From the NCBI RefSeq assembly GCF_028641065.1, contig NC_073379.1, positions 112,592,001-112,656,000 of the forward strand: DNA of 64,000 nt. Reading direction: 5' to 3'. Source of the stretch: Leucoraja erinacea. Its lineage: Eukaryota. A program made the translations under genes and the position numbers. Under the pieces are notes generated by a model. It was not told the DNA's origin, did no database searches, and was given only the letters and a program-made list of their open reading frames with translations. Positions 26,991 through 40,672 of this stretch are shown in pieces (positions within the stretch are counted from its first letter, which is position 1; every line of letters begins with the position of its first letter).

Positions 26991-28330
26991 TTCGATCATC
27001 CTTTTAATCCACTCACTTTAACTGATTGCCCTTAAAGGCTTTTATAAACTTGGGTGGGAAGTAAGGTTGGAAAGCATCTGTAAAATATCCTACTTTCATT
27101 GAATTATTATTATGTACTGATAAGGCTTAGAAAGCATGGTTGAGTTTTCTTATTAATCCAATAGCACTTCCAATAGCAGTAGTGTTAGAGCCTGAATAAG
27201 TCAGAAAGGTCAGCAGTAAAGGAAACTGGAAATGTTCTGACCTGCATGGTTCTCCCTGAAATTACAGAGGATACCTAGATTTGTTTTTAAGAACAAAGCT
27301 TTAAAAAACAAGCCCTAAATATCCTGCGCCTAGAAATTTGGTCTCAAAGGGTCTCAATCCAAAGCGTCATCTGTATATTCCCCACCACAGATGTTGCCTG
27401 ACCCACTCCGTTCCGTCAGCATTTGTTTTTTGCTCAAAATTCCAGCATCCAGCACCTGTGTGCCCTGAAATTTCATCACATATCAAAGAACAAATGAAAT
27501 AGATGCAGGAAAAGGCCAGACTGCCCCTTAAACCTGCTATACCATTCAATAGTTTTTACCTCTGCACCATTTTTCTGCAAAAATCCCAATTCTCTTCTAG
27601 CTCCCTGATTGCTGCCCTCAATAAGCCCCTGCTGGCACTGTTTTTCCAAAAAGTAGGGCTTTGTTCACCCCATCCCAGGTGCTAATCTTTGCCAAATCAT
27701 GACATTTAAGTCAGACCTACTCTAGAGGCACTATCTGCCCCGATCAACGACTCTGACAACCATCATTTGTATCCTTTCATGATATCCACATAATGGGTCC
27801 ATTAAAATTGGTCGGCCATTGTGTTTATGTGGGTTTTAACGCACATTTTGTCTGGAAAATGGCACTTTCCAGTGTGCAGGCAATACATGGTCAAGTTCAG
27901 TTAAAATGGACAAGAGTAACTAGTTGCACTCTAACCAATCTGCTCACTAGCAAAAGCTTGGTCCTTTACAAAGCTTGTTTTTTTTTAATTTACTGCAGTA
28001 GAAATCACAGCACATCAGAAGCTATGCCATTAATGTCCATCAACTCTAGTCCTTCATATTAGTCCAATCTACCCCTTTAAAAGGAAAAATAGTACATTTG
28101 TGTAATTATCAGCAATATTCATAAATTCGATGTTTGTGCTTTAATTTAAACCTATAAATCCACATAGATGTATGTATGTAATCCTACTAGTTCCTGAGTT
28201 CACCATCTGCTTCAAGTCAATTATAATCTGCAGTGATAATTTAGAGGGATTCAGCATATCTCTTATTCTTATTTAGAAATCATCAAGTATTTTTTTTTAA
28301 TCTTCTCCTACTGCTTAAGTCTCTTATTAC

Positions 28331-28420
28331 CTGAAAGAATCCCGGTGGTACCGGGCCTACTGGCATTCCGTCTCCTGGGGGAATGTTTCCTAGTACTGGA
28401 CTGGGAGCTGCTGCTGCACT
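28331..28420 (-). CDS. SSBP2: SSBP2 internal coding exon, 90 nt ([30 protein letters not shown])
   Basis: Minus strand reads ttacag|AGTGCAGCA...TTCTTTCAG|gtaata; phase 0/0; peptide matches the recalled human SSBP2 segment right after the LUFS domain. Confidence 0.96.
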
Positions 28421-29569
28421 CTGTAAAGAAAGGCAACTCCTGTGTCATTACATCCTGTAACAAGGAACTGGCATACTTCCTAAGTGCAAAGAATAAAATA
28501 ACACATACTTTGAATCAATTAAACTCATGACAAAAACAAATCTAAATATATCCTTTATGTGCAGCAAATGTTTACATAGGCATAGCGATATCATAAAACC
28601 ATAACAATATTTAAATGTCTAACTGCTCATTTGAAAGACAGGCCAATCTTCTCTATAATGAATGGCTGATTTAGCTGACAATCATGGCTAAATGCAACAT
28701 TAATTAAATTTGCACATCTATCCATTTTTTCAGACACTATAATTCAACAATCGTGACAAAATAACATTGTTAATTGCACAATACAATTGTTGGGGTCAGA
28801 TGGATGAAGGGAAAAGAACATTTTTAGGGATTTGTATTTGGTACTGTGCAGAACTACACAGATCTCCACAGAACTGGAGGCAAAGATGCTTCCTGAAAAA
28901 TACCAACTTTGTAAAGTTATTATCTTTCAGTTAAACCTTCCATTATGGTTTTACAAAAGTTTAATTTAATATCCACCCGATTAGAATTTTAACCCAATGA
29001 TTTAGTTCAGAAGAATCAGAAACAGTCAGTGGAGTAAAGAGATTAGTTGAGGGTGGCAGGTGGGGCATGGTTGGTGATGAAAGGAATTATGCAGAAGTCA
29101 GCATTTCAGTCCCAAACTTTTAGCAACAGTCCTGGATATTAAAGTCAAACTCATGCGTCAAAACACAAGGAAAAATACAATGAACAAATGAAAATATACA
29201 TACAATTTCAATAAATTATGTAACTGAGCAAAACATGGAGAAAATGATATCTAACATAAAGGACTGTAAAATGATGCACACACAAATATATTGTGAAGTT
29301 ATAATAACTTGAATTGAATCTTTACAGTGAAGCAAAGGAAGTGATTGGGAAATAACATAATATTCATTTTCAATATCCACATGACATTTACGAAACAAAG
29401 ATTATTAGATAAGATAGTTGCTGTTTAGAAGAAGGGGCAGGGAAAAGGAGAAAAGCTAAATAGAATTCCTTCCCAGTTGTATCGATTCAAATGAATGATG
29501 CCAAAATGTTGTACATAGCAGCTTCAGAGATAGGAAGCATGCCTTTTCTCTTTCCTTCTCCAGAATGAT

Positions 29570-32420
29570 ACCTATGGAATTAAAATAGAAAATGCTGGAT
29601 AAATTCAACAGGTCAAGCAGCATCTGTGGAAAGAGACAATGTTTCAGATCAAAGACCTTCCATCAGAACTTGGAGAGAAAAACAAACTAGTTTTAAGTTA
29701 TAAAGAAATGGGTATGATGTATGGATAAAACAAAAATAGTATTTCTGACTAGGTCATGCCAAGGTTGTAGAGGTCTTCCCCATCAATGCTTTAATGGAGA
29801 TATTTTGAGAATGATAACACAAAGGTGTTGCAAAATACAGGATAACGGATACACACCCAGCAGATCAGACTATGCAAACGGAGAACAAAAATCTGAGCCA
29901 ATGTCACAAATGGATGACGGAGCAGAAGTGGCCAGTTCTGATGAAGAGAGAGAGTGAGTTATCTTATGTTGTAGAATTTAATATTGAGTTCAAAGGCTGC
30001 ATCAGGCCCAGATGGAAGATGTTCCTCAAGCTCTTGTTGGTCCTTGTTATAAAAGTGCAAGATGCCACAGAAAAAGCAGTCAGGGAGAGAGTGGAATGGA
30101 TAATTGAAGTGTTTCTGGGCGAGCTCTCAGACACACCCTTATATTCCTCCACTGACCAAAAAGCCATCGTTTGCTTAACTGTCATGGACCTCATTTCTTA
30201 TGGGAATCTTCCCACAATAGCTTCCAACTCTTACTCTTCCAGCTGACAAACTTCATGTTTACCCCTCCTCCACAAGCACCAGTGTCCAGGCAGGACCAAT
30301 GTTCGCTCTCCTTTAGCCCAATGGAACTCATTTCTTCTTGCCTTGACTCCATCATTTCTCCCCAGCTCCAGTCCTTTTTTACTAACATTCATGATGCCCC
30401 GGGTGCCTTCCACCACTTTGACGGTTTTCATTTGCCTGGTTCCAAGCAGATCATCTATTCCATTTATAGGTAATCCCTCTCTACCTCCATCCACAATCAC
30501 AATAGACTGCTGCCCTTTGGTTTCTCCCTTGAAAAATGGCCCAACTAGTTCTTCTCCATCCTCATTGATTGAATTAATTCTCGCATTCAACAAATTCTCC
30601 TTCACCTCCACTGATTTTGTCCAAATCAAAGGTGTAACTAGGGGAACTCATATGGCACCAAGCCGCACCTGTCTTTTTGTGGGATTTATGTGTTTCATCT
30701 GGGCCTGAGCTCTCTCCTTCAAGTCTTTTTCAGCTTCATAGATGAATGCATTAGTGCTGCTTTGTGCATTGGAATAGAAAAATATACCAATAATCATTTT
30801 CTGAACTTAATTATATTCTCCCCTAATACTCTCCCCTTAATTCCATTCTCCTGGACAATCTCTGACCCTTCCCTCCTATTTCTAGATCTTCCTGCCTTCC
30901 TGTCAGATGGCTAGCCACAAAATCTGTCACCTGATTCTACCATGACCATATTTCCTCCCACTTTGCCTCCATTCTCCTAGTTTCTCCGTCTCTGCAGAAT
31001 TTGTTCCAAACAGGCTCCTCAGTGCTGTCTTCTTTCTTTCCAAACTGTGGCTTCCCATTTTTAATGAATCATCTTTTTAAATTTCTGCCAGCTTTAACAA
31101 GATTCCACCACCAGACACATATTTCCCTCCCCTTCCCCTCTCAGTATGTTGAAAGGATGATTTCCCCCCCCCCCCCCCAGTGACATATTTATCACCACTA
31201 ACTCCTCGCCTTCTCACAGCTTTCCTGTGCAACTGCAGCAGATGCAAAACCTGCTTCACTTCAGCCTTCCAATCATCCAGGAGCCCAAACAGTCGCACTC
31301 GGTAAAAGCATTGTTTCACTTTAGTTCTTTTAGTCTGGTGCACTGCATTCAGTGTTCATAATATGTTCTTCATTACCTTGAATAAACCAAATACAAGAAT
31401 GGGTGAATACTTTGTGTGGCATCTATGTTCAGTCCAAGAGATGTTCCTGACCTAATTATCAAGTCAAGTCAAGTTTATTTGTCACATACACATACGAGAT
31501 GTGCAGTGAAATGAAAGTGGCAATGCTCGCGGACTTTTGTGCAAAAGACAAACAACCAAACAAACTATAAACGCAATCATAACACACATATTATTTTACA
31601 TAATAAATAATGGAATGAAAAATGTTCAGTAGAGTTCAGTAGAGCTGCCTTGCCTTACTCACGAGTGCTGATATGCCATGTCATATCCTCGGAGATGTGG
31701 ACTCCCAGAAATTTAAAACAGTTCACCCTATCCACAGGATCCCCATTTATCCTCAATGGAGTGTACGTCCTTGGATGATGTGCCCTCCTAAAGTCCATGA
31801 TCAGCTCCTTCGTTTTTTTGATGTTCAAGAGGAGGCTGTTCTCCTGGCACCAGAGTGCTAGATCAGCCACCTCCTCCCGGTAGGCCTTCTCGTCGTTGTC
31901 TAAGATCAGGCCCACCACCACAGTGTCATCAGCAAACTTAATTACTGAGTTGGAGCTGAACCTAGCCACACAGTCATGTGTGTACAGGGAGTAGAATAGG
32001 GGGCTGAGGACGCAACCCTAGGGCGATCCTGTGCTCAGGGTGAGGGATTTCGATGTATTCCCTCCCATCTTGACTACCTGGGGCCTGGCGGTGAAAAAGT
32101 CCAGGACCCAGGCACACAGGGAGGTGTTGAGCCCCAATTCCATTAGCTTCTCGGCCAGTCTGGTGGGGACTATCGTGTTGAAGGCTGAACTGTAGTCTAT
32201 GAACAGCATCCTCACGTAGCCCCCCTTCTGGCTGTCCAGATGGGAGAGAGCGGTGTGCAAGACCTGGGAGACCGCATCATTCCAACCTTTTCTCACTTTG
32301 ATCATGTGCCTGTGGCCTCCAACAGTGCTATAATGAGGCACAACAAACGTTCAAGGAACAGCACCTCATCTTTCATCAGGTCATGTTGCAACGCTCTGGA
32401 CTACAACTTTAGGTAACGGG
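29570..32420 (+). mobile_element. Degraded Penelope-like element (RT and GIY-YIG remnants) with an inverted upstream segment, interrupted by a Rex1 insertion
   Basis: FNKFSFTSTDFVQIKGVTRGTHMAPSRTCLFVG (PLE RT); CxxC and GIY-YIG-like remnants at 31200-31440; EEQHLIF-like terminus resumes at 32281-32420; opposite-orientation sequence at 29570-30170. Confidence 0.75.
31459..32280 (-). mobile_element. Rex1/Babar LINE fragment with internal deletion and (GACTT)n tail
   Basis: [10 protein letters not shown]...[18 protein letters not shown] and KFADDTVVVGLI; same family as 56353-57092 but lacking about 400 bp near 31645. Confidence 0.92.
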
Positions 32421-34269
32421 CTTTCTCTGAATGTATCAGACCCAGCCATTTCTACCGTATGTCATCCATCTATGACATTTGACTTTTTTGGTCTCCCAAA
32501 CCCAGAAAACTAGCATTGTCATCTTTACTCAATTAAATCAAACAACCAAGTCTAGATTAATCAAACATAATGTACTGGAGTAGCTCAGCAAGTCAGGTGG
32601 CGACTGTGGAGGGAGTGAATAGGGGCAATTTTGCTTTGGAAAGCTCCCTCAGACTCTGAGGAAGGGTCCCAACCTGAAACGTCCCTATCCATTTTCTCAA
32701 GAGATGCTGCCTGGCCCGATGAGTTATTCCAGTATTTTGTATTCCGCTGAAGATTCCAACATCAGCAGATTCCAACATCAGCAGATTTAATCTTCACATC
32801 ATGATGTAAATAATCACAGGATACAATTACCGAGGCACTGAAGACTACAGGGGTTTTACAACATGCTAAATACAGGGGCTGCGGAGCTTGTTTGAAAGTG
32901 GTGGGGCAGAGTGATCACTGATCACCGTCCTCGGGGGTTCCCGGAGAGCGTGTAAAGCGACTGAGCGGTGGCAGGGGGACACGGTAGGGACGTTTTAAAA
33001 TTTGATGTATTAAAATCATGTTTTAGAGCATTGTAAAAGTATGATTGAAATGTTTTTTGTTTGAAGGATTTTTACGATAATGTAGGGCCGACATGAGAGG
33101 TAGGAGCAGGTGATTATTATTTTTGACCCGAAACGATACGTCACCCATTCATTTTCTCCAGAGATGCTGCCTCACTGACTTACTCCAGCATTTTGTGTCT
33201 ATCTCCCCTATTGCCTTGCCCTTCCTCCCAGACTTTTACATGGTTTTCCCCTTCAGTGCTAGGCCCAGCCCTCTTTGTGAAAGGTCTCCTGAAGTGTTGT
33301 CTCTCCACTCTCTGCCGTTGCCACTGGTGTGATCACCCGCAGTCCATGTTGTACATCTCTTGGAACAACTTCTCCTTGTTTGTCCCACCACAGGATTGTG
33401 AACATGCTCTCAGTCTCCTAGTCCCCTCACCTGCAACGTAAATAGCCCGAGAGTCTACACAATACTGAGACCTTTCATTCATGCTCACCCATTCTGGCTT
33501 CCCTACAAACTCTTGACATCCTTCCAGATGTGAAACCAGAGCAGACCCTGGAATCTATCTGGAGTTAGCCTGTGTTTGGCATGGCAGCTCAGTGTTTTTT
33601 TCGTTCCTGATTCCTCTGAAAATGGGAGCAGGAAGGTTGGGTTGTTCAGCAGCGTTCTCCATTAGTCCGTCCCCTTGACCTCGTGCCCTCAGACTCCGGG
33701 CCCCTCACCCCGTTGCTCGCTTCCACCAGCTCCGTGTGTGAGTGTGGGAAGCTTCCACTCTCTCTCCCTCCACCCACCCCCCTTCACGTTCACCGGCCCG
33801 CCAGCCCGCCTCAACCGCGGTGAGTTGCTGACACTCCCTCCTCCAGGTGAGTTACAGGTGAGGTTGGTGCTTCCTGCAGACACTGAACCATCCCGTCGCT
33901 GGGCTGGCCGCTAATTCCCGGGGGAAATATTGCTAACAAAGTGGATTGGCTGCAGCCCATGAAATATATCAGATCCGAGAGACCACCAAGTATTAGTCCC
34001 CTAGTCTGATGGTAATGATGGAATTAGGAACCTGCAAGCTATAAACTGACATTGTGGGGTGAAAAATACGGTGTTGCTGCTGATGGATTATAGAGGGGGC
34101 CCAGACAATAAAGAGGGACCATTGGGGAGTTTAATGAATACTTTGTAACTTTGTTGACGCCCAATACGTGGTGACTCTTTGCACACCTTGAGGATCGTAT
34201 GCAAAACAAATGATTTTACCGCGACATGTCACATGTGATGATAAAATATCAATCAATTCATCAATTCTG

Positions 34270-35766
34270 GATTGCTAGTTTGGAATTGCTGGATCTGTTC
34301 TGAATCTATCTCACTTGGCACAATGATAATGCAGCAGTACATCATGGAAGATGTGCTCAGTGTGAGAATCATACCTCTGTATGACAACTTACACTGATCA
34401 CTCTTGCCAACACCATCGTGGTCAAAATGAGAAACTAAGAAACAGAAGCCCCTCCTGCTTTCTCCACCCTAGTTGGTCTTTTACCTCAAGACCATTTGAT
34501 CCATCAAGTCTAATGTCGAGTCTATGTCAGCACTTAGAGCAATCCCATATTCAACTTATTCCCCCCCCACCACAGGTACCATGTAATCCCGTGCTACCTG
34601 CTCCATGGTCGGATAGTCGGCGACTAAACCGTCTCCTCCACCTGGTTTGCCAGGTGTGGAGGGGGCTGTGGACTCCCAGCAGGACCAAAAACAAGACCTG
34701 TCAAAGGGTGGATGAGCTCTGAGCAAGCCAACGGCCATCCACACTTCAGTAGCAGTTGCGATCACTATCGTACAAAGCATCGTAAGGCACCGTGCCCGGT
34801 GATGTTTTCAACTATGATGATGACGATTTTCATGAGATCATAAGTGATAGAAGCAGATCAGTCTGAAGAAGGGTCTCAACCCGAAACGCCGCCCATTCCT
34901 TCTCTCCAGATGCTGCCTGTCCCACTCAGTTACTCCAGCATTTTGTGTCTACCTTCGATTTAAACCAGTTTCTCGACGCTACAATCATCTGCCAGTATAA
35001 TCATCATGTTGCTAACTCTGATGATGATGATACTTTATAATCACTTGTACCCAGCTAGGTATAGTGAAATTATTTGGTTTTGCATACAAAGTACACGAAA
35101 GAGTCGCCACAAAGGCGCCAACAAAATTACTAAAAAGTACTCAGCCCTTCTTCATCCCTCCCACGCAGTGACCCCTTTGTTGTCGGTGGCCACCCCACTC
35201 TGGGTCCCTCTCTGGCAAGTCTGACCAGCTGGTAGAAAGGAGGAACCTGGGACATTGGATGAAAGACGGTTCTGTGAGGATTAACAACATCACTGGATCA
35301 TCCGTAGCACAGCTATTGCAACATCGGGAGAAGAACTTTGCAGGATCTACCACTGTGTCCAAAACCAATGTCCAGGTCAACCTCATGCAACCAGTCCAGT
35401 TTTATTGTATTTTGTCATAACAGCTTGCGACAATGGAGTGGCTTCATCTGTCATTTTGGGCAGGTAAGAGTCACCCCGACTTGCATATGAGGAGTTGTAG
35501 AATTCTTAAGATTTTTTTGATCATCACAGAAGCATTCGCCATCTGTTTCCTGACTACTGCAATTTCTCTCCCTCAGGCCTATTTACGTAAAATGAATGCA
35601 AGAGGCTTTCACAGTTCATCATCTATCACACAGCATTTAGGCCTGGTGCGGCTGAGCAGTTTTTCTGTGCTTGCTGATAACAGGCTGCTTAACTCTTCCT
35701 TGATTTGGATTTGGGCTTTTTCAGCGATTTCTGGCTTGCTACTGCATTAACAATTCCATTTTTCAA
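34270..35766 (-). mobile_element. Old degraded LINE remnants interrupted by short repeats
   Basis: Degenerate endonuclease/RT-region similarity to CR1/L2; no intact ORF. Confidence 0.4.
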
Positions 35767-35962
35767 NNNNNNNNNNNNNNNNNNNNNNNNNNNNNNNNNN
35801 NNNNNNNNNNNNNNNNNNNNNNNNNNNNNNNNNNNNNNNNNNNNNNNNNNNNNNNNNNNNNNNNNNNNNNNNNNNNNNNNNNNNNNNNNNNNNNNNNNNN
35901 NNNNNNNNNNNNNNNNNNNNNNNNNNNNNNNNNNNNNNNNNNNNNNNNNNNNNNNNNNNNNN
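35767..35962. other. Assembly gap (N run)
   Basis: 196 N; the other gap is 9020-9152 (133 N). Confidence 1.
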
Positions 35963-36054
35963 TACAATATATATATGCTTTTTATAATATAATTTTTAAT
36001 ATATATTTTATATATATATATATGGATTTTACACATACACACATATTATATATA

Positions 36055-36210
36055 CAGTGCCCTCCATAATGTTTGGGACAAAGACCCATCATTTATTTAT
36101 TTGCCTCTGTACTCCACAATTTTAGAAAAAAAATCGCATGTGGTTAAAGTGCACATTGGCAGATTTTAATAAAGGGTAATTTTTATACATGTGGTTTCAC
36201 CATGTAGACA
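36055..36210 (+). mobile_element. Tc1/mariner terminal fragment
   Basis: TA|CAGTGCCCTCCATAATGTTTGGGAC, a Tc1-type terminus after a TA site. Confidence 0.7.
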
Positions 36211-38190
36211 TTGGGTTCTAAATTTTGCAAAAAAGTCTATTGTTTTAAAATGCTTGCAAAAATTTATGGTTTCAAGCATGTAGAAAAAACTCTATTGTTT
36301 CTAAAGCTTGCAAAAAATGGTCTATTGGTTCTAAAGCTTGCAAAATATGTATATTGGTTCTAAAATGCTTGCAAAAAAGGTGTCTATTGGTTCCAAAGCT
36401 TGCAAAAAAATGTCTATTGGTTCTAAAGCTTGCAAAAAGTATTCTATTGGTTCTAAAGCTTGCAAAAACATGTCTATTGGTTCTAAAGCTTGCAAAAAAT
36501 GTCTCTATTGGTTCTAAAGCTTGCAAAAAGTGTCTATTGGTTCTAAAGCTTGCAAAAAGTGTCTATTGGTTCTAAAGCTTGCAAAAAATGTATATTGGTT
36601 CTAAAGCTTGCAAAAAAATGTCTATTAGGTTCTAAAGTAGGCCATTCGTTCGAGCCTGCAAAATATGATCATGGATGTCTATCGGTTCCTAAAATGTTCT
36701 GCTCCCTCTTAAAAAATGTCTCTTTTGAGACAGTCTATAATGCTTGCAGAAAAGTTGTCTCATCTCGGTTTTAAAGGTTCTAAAATCCAAAAAAACATGG
36801 GAACAATTTTCCTATTGGTTCTAAAATTAAGCTTGCAAAAAGTGTCTCATTCTCCTAAATTTTAGAGCTAAAACCAAGTCTGCAAAGACAGTCCTGACAT
36901 CCCAGGAATCAGTTTGGTGAACCTTCTACAAATAATGTCCTTCCAGATTTGGAGACCAAAACTGTACGCAATACTCCAGGTGTGGTCTCACCAAGACCCT
37001 GTACAACTGCAGTAGAACCTCCCTGCTCCTATACTCAAACCCTTTTGCAATGAAATCTAACATACCATTCGCTTTCTTTACTGCATGCTGCACCTGCTGC
37101 TTACCTTCAATGACTTGTACCATGACAAAAATGTATATTGGTTCTAAAAGCTTTTCCCGCAAAAAATGTAACTCACATTTATCCACATTATACTGCATCT
37201 GCCAAAGCTTGCCTAAAAAACCTTGCAGTCTCCTAGTCTACAGCTAACACTGCCCCCCAGCTTAGTGTCTCCGCAAAGCTTGCTTTCAAAAGAAAATGTC
37301 TATTGTAAATAGCTGGGGTTGAGGCTTGCGGTAACTAGCACTGCCTGCCATTGTGAAAAGGACCCGTTTACTCCTACTGCTTCCTGTTTGCCAGTTCTAA
37401 ATCAATACTGCTTGCAAAATGTTTGCATACTAATCTCTTATGTGGTGTCGAAAGCCTTCTGAAAGCAATAGGTGGCTAGAGGGAGGACTATAAAAGACCC
37501 CTTTCGTAAATCCATGTGTTTGTCTAACCTTATTTTTGAATCACAGTCTCTTCAAGATGGAGGAAGGCAGAGGGTTACACGTTTCTCTGAGCTTGAAAGA
37601 TGAACTAACACATGTCTGGACTCAAATACTGAGTGCCCTTAGTAGTTTCAATTTAAAACTGCTTGCAAAAGTGTCCCCTATTGGTTCTCCTTAAAATTAA
37701 ACCAAAGTTTGCAAAAATGATCAAACTCATCTGTTTCTATTGGTTCTAAAATGCTTGCAAAATAGTGTTGCTCAGTTTTTATGTTCCCAGCCAGTTTTCT
37801 TTCAAATCTGCTTGCAGAATGTGTCTTTCTTGGTACTCCCACAATGTTTGCAAACGCATCATCCTTCGCTGTCTCTTTTGGTTATACAATGCTTGCAGAA
37901 TGTGGGATGAACTTTTTTTGGTTCTAAAAATGTCTTCCATTGCATGCTTTCAAAAATGTCTATTGGTTCTAAAGCATGCAGAAAAATGTCTATTGGTTCT
38001 AAAGCTTGCAAAAAAAATGTCTATTGGTTCTAAAGCTTGCAAAAAATGTCTATTATTGGTTCTAAAGCTTGCAAAAAAAAAGACTATTGGTTCTAAAGCC
38101 TGCAAAATAATGTCTATTGGTTCTAAAGCTTGCAAAAAAATGTTTATTTGTTCTAAAATGCTTGCAGATAGCATTTCTATTGGTTCTAAA
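36210..38190. repeat. About 30-bp minisatellite (CTATTGGTTCTAAAGCTTGCAAAAAATGT); clean at 36210-36640 and 37950-38190, scrambled with CR1 sequence in between
   Basis: Directly visible tandem units; CR1 motifs ([13 protein letters not shown], minus strand) interleaved in the middle. Confidence 0.9.
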
Positions 38191-38389
38191 GTGTGTGCGT
38201 GTGTGTCGTCTGTCTGTGCGTGCGTATGTACGAGTGTCTGTGGATGAGTGTGTGAGTGTCTGTGTATGAGTGTGTGTGTGTGTGTATATGTGTGTGAGTG
38301 TTTGACTGTGTCTCTGTGTATGAGTGTCTGAGTGTGTGTCTGCGTGAGTGTCGGAGTATCTAGTGTGTGTGTGTGTCTGTGTGTGTGAA

Positions 38390-38424
<35 letters not shown>

Positions 38425-38955
38425 AGCCACTAAGAGTACATGGGGGGAGATTGAGGGGAGATGGACTGAATGCGTGGGGGGGGGGGAGAAGGGAAGAGGG
38501 GTGACTTAGTGAACTGCCATCACCAGCTGTGAGTGACTGGGCTGCCAGCCCACCAGCCATGAGTAAGTGAAATGCCAGCCCACCAGTTGTAAGTGACTGA
38601 AGTGCCAGCCCACCACCCATGACTTAGTGAACTGCAAGTCCAAAAATCCATTCAGTCCACAATGTCCATACTAGCCCTCTGGAAACCTGTTCCTTCAGTG
38701 CACAACAGCCTGAGTGACTGAGCTGCCGGCCCAGAGTGACTGAGCTGCCGGCCCAAGAATCCATTCAGCCCACAATGTCCATACTAGCCCTCTGGAAGCC
38801 AGTCCCTTTGACTCACAACACACATACTAGCGCTCCAGAAACCCCCCCCCCCCCATTGGCCAGCAATATTGGAATTGGTGGAGAGGTGGAATATTGCGTT
38901 GGGGGACCAGCCCTCCCGTGTGATGCTGGGACCCAACGGGTCCCACTTAGTCTAG
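38191..38955 (+). mobile_element. Helitron-like non-autonomous element, 3' part
   Basis: Ends with the GGGACCC-AAC-GGGTCCC hairpin, 7 nt, then CTAG|T (38952-38955); contains a (TG)n tract and about 30-bp tandem units. Confidence 0.75.
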
Positions 38956-39271
38956 TATATTACTAAAACTCTTATCTTGATCACTTCCTGTCTGCGTTGT
39001 AATTAAATTTGCGCAAAAAACGACCCCCATAGCGCTATGATTTTTTGCCACCTTACTCACCATTGTCCTCTGTGCAAGTTTTGTTCCGATCGGTGAAATA
39101 GTACAAAGGTTATGAAGGTTTTTGAAGGTTCTCCCTCCCCCAGCCCCTCCCTCGGCCACTCACACACCCCCTCCATCCCTCCCCCACACCCCTCCCCAGA
39201 GTTGTGGAACATTGCTTTGGGGACCGGGTTGCGTTGGGGGAAAAGGTGAGTGGTGGAATATTGCGTTGGGG

Positions 39272-39275
<4 letters not shown>
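38956..39275 (+). mobile_element. Second Helitron-like copy (5' part), cut off by (TA)n
   Basis: Starts tatattactaaaactc (AT-rich Helitron-like 5' end); shares gtggaatattgcgttgggg with the subterminal motif of the other copies. Confidence 0.55.
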
Positions 39276-39308
<33 letters not shown>

Positions 39309-39310
39309 TC

Positions 39311-39345
<35 letters not shown>

Positions 39346-39449
39346 ATTATATATATATATAGATGATGATAGACAAATCATAGCCCCCTTACTGACACCA
39401 AATCTTCACTGAATCCCACATTGGCCAGGTATGCGTTCTGAGAAATAGT

Positions 39450-39770
39450 CATATTCATACCACATGGAAAACGAGCTCTTCGGCCCGACTCATCCATACC
39501 GACCAAGATGCCACATATCATCTAATCCCAGTTGCCTGCATTAGGTCCATGTCCCTCTAAACCTTTCCTATCCATGTACCTGTCCAAGTGTCTTTTAAAT
39601 GTTATTGTACCTGCCTCAACCACATTCTCTGGCAGCTCATCTCATATACCCACAATCCTCCGAGTGAAAAAAGTGCCGCTCAGGTTCCCAGTAAATCTTC
39701 CCTCTCTCACTTTAAACCTATGTCCTCTGGTTCTTGATTGCCTAACCCTAGGTAAAGGACTGTGCATTCA
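39450..39770 (-). mobile_element. CR1 3' fragment
   Basis: Similar to 19540-19860. Confidence 0.75.
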
Positions 39771-40672
39771 AAACCTGCTCCATTTATGGCCCGACACAGT
39801 AACACAATTATTTGCACAGAATTTCAAAACTGCAAAAATGTCCTTACGTAAAAGTCATGGAATTTGTTATCTACATGGTAGGTTTCCAAGTTTCAATTCA
39901 GTTTTAATTTGAATTCAAATTGAACCACATAGCATTTTGCCCATGAGCAGCTGCTAGCTTTATCTCAAATTGGAGAAAATCTGCATATTTTTGGCCAATA
40001 AGTCTTCAGGAGGAGGACAAAAATTTTAATAAGATGCACGTTAATTTTATCAATGAACCACCAAATAATTTTGAAAATCCACATGCACATCTATGGTGCT
40101 GTTGCATTAATATCCATTGTTTTTCTTAAAAGAGCCCATGCTGATGTTAATTAACCCATGTCTTCTAATACAGCACGTTAGATTGCATTAAGTCTTCGAG
40201 TGGGAATATCAAATACTAGAGTATACAGTTTTAAGGCGAGAGTGGGAAAGCTAAGAGGGTCCATTTTTTTTTAACTACACAGAGAATGGTAGGTACCTGG
40301 AAACAATGCCAGGCATGGTGGTGGAAGCAGATACAATGGTGGCATTTAAGAGGCTTTTAGATGGGGGCACATGGATTTGCAGGCAATGGAGTGATATGGA
40401 TCACATGCAGGTAGAGGAGATTAGTTTAATTTGGCATCATGTTCCATACAGACATGGTAGGCCAAAAGCCTTTTTCTGTGCTGCACTGTTCTATGTTCTA
40501 TGACTGAACTACTAGAATTAAATTAGCCATTCCATTGCATTCATTTGACTGGGATTGTTGTTCTGGTACAGCATTGGTAGTAAACTTGATCAGAGGGTCA
40601 AGCCTGAGTTCAGTTAAATACTTAATGGTAGGCAAATCTGAATGGAGCTGCTAACTTCTACCCCGCTATATG

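Noticed and set aside
3535-28420. Calling the gene SSBP3 or SSBP4 because of the 84-nt exon
   Set aside because: Diagnostic residues in the other exons ([39 protein letters not shown]) are SSBP2-type.
32872-33960. Possible DNA transposon with CAGGGGCTGC-type ends
   Set aside because: Could not establish matching TIRs or a TSD by eye.
36210-38190. About 30-bp repeats as a CRISPR array
   Set aside because: Head-to-tail units without unique spacers, no cas genes, vertebrate intron.
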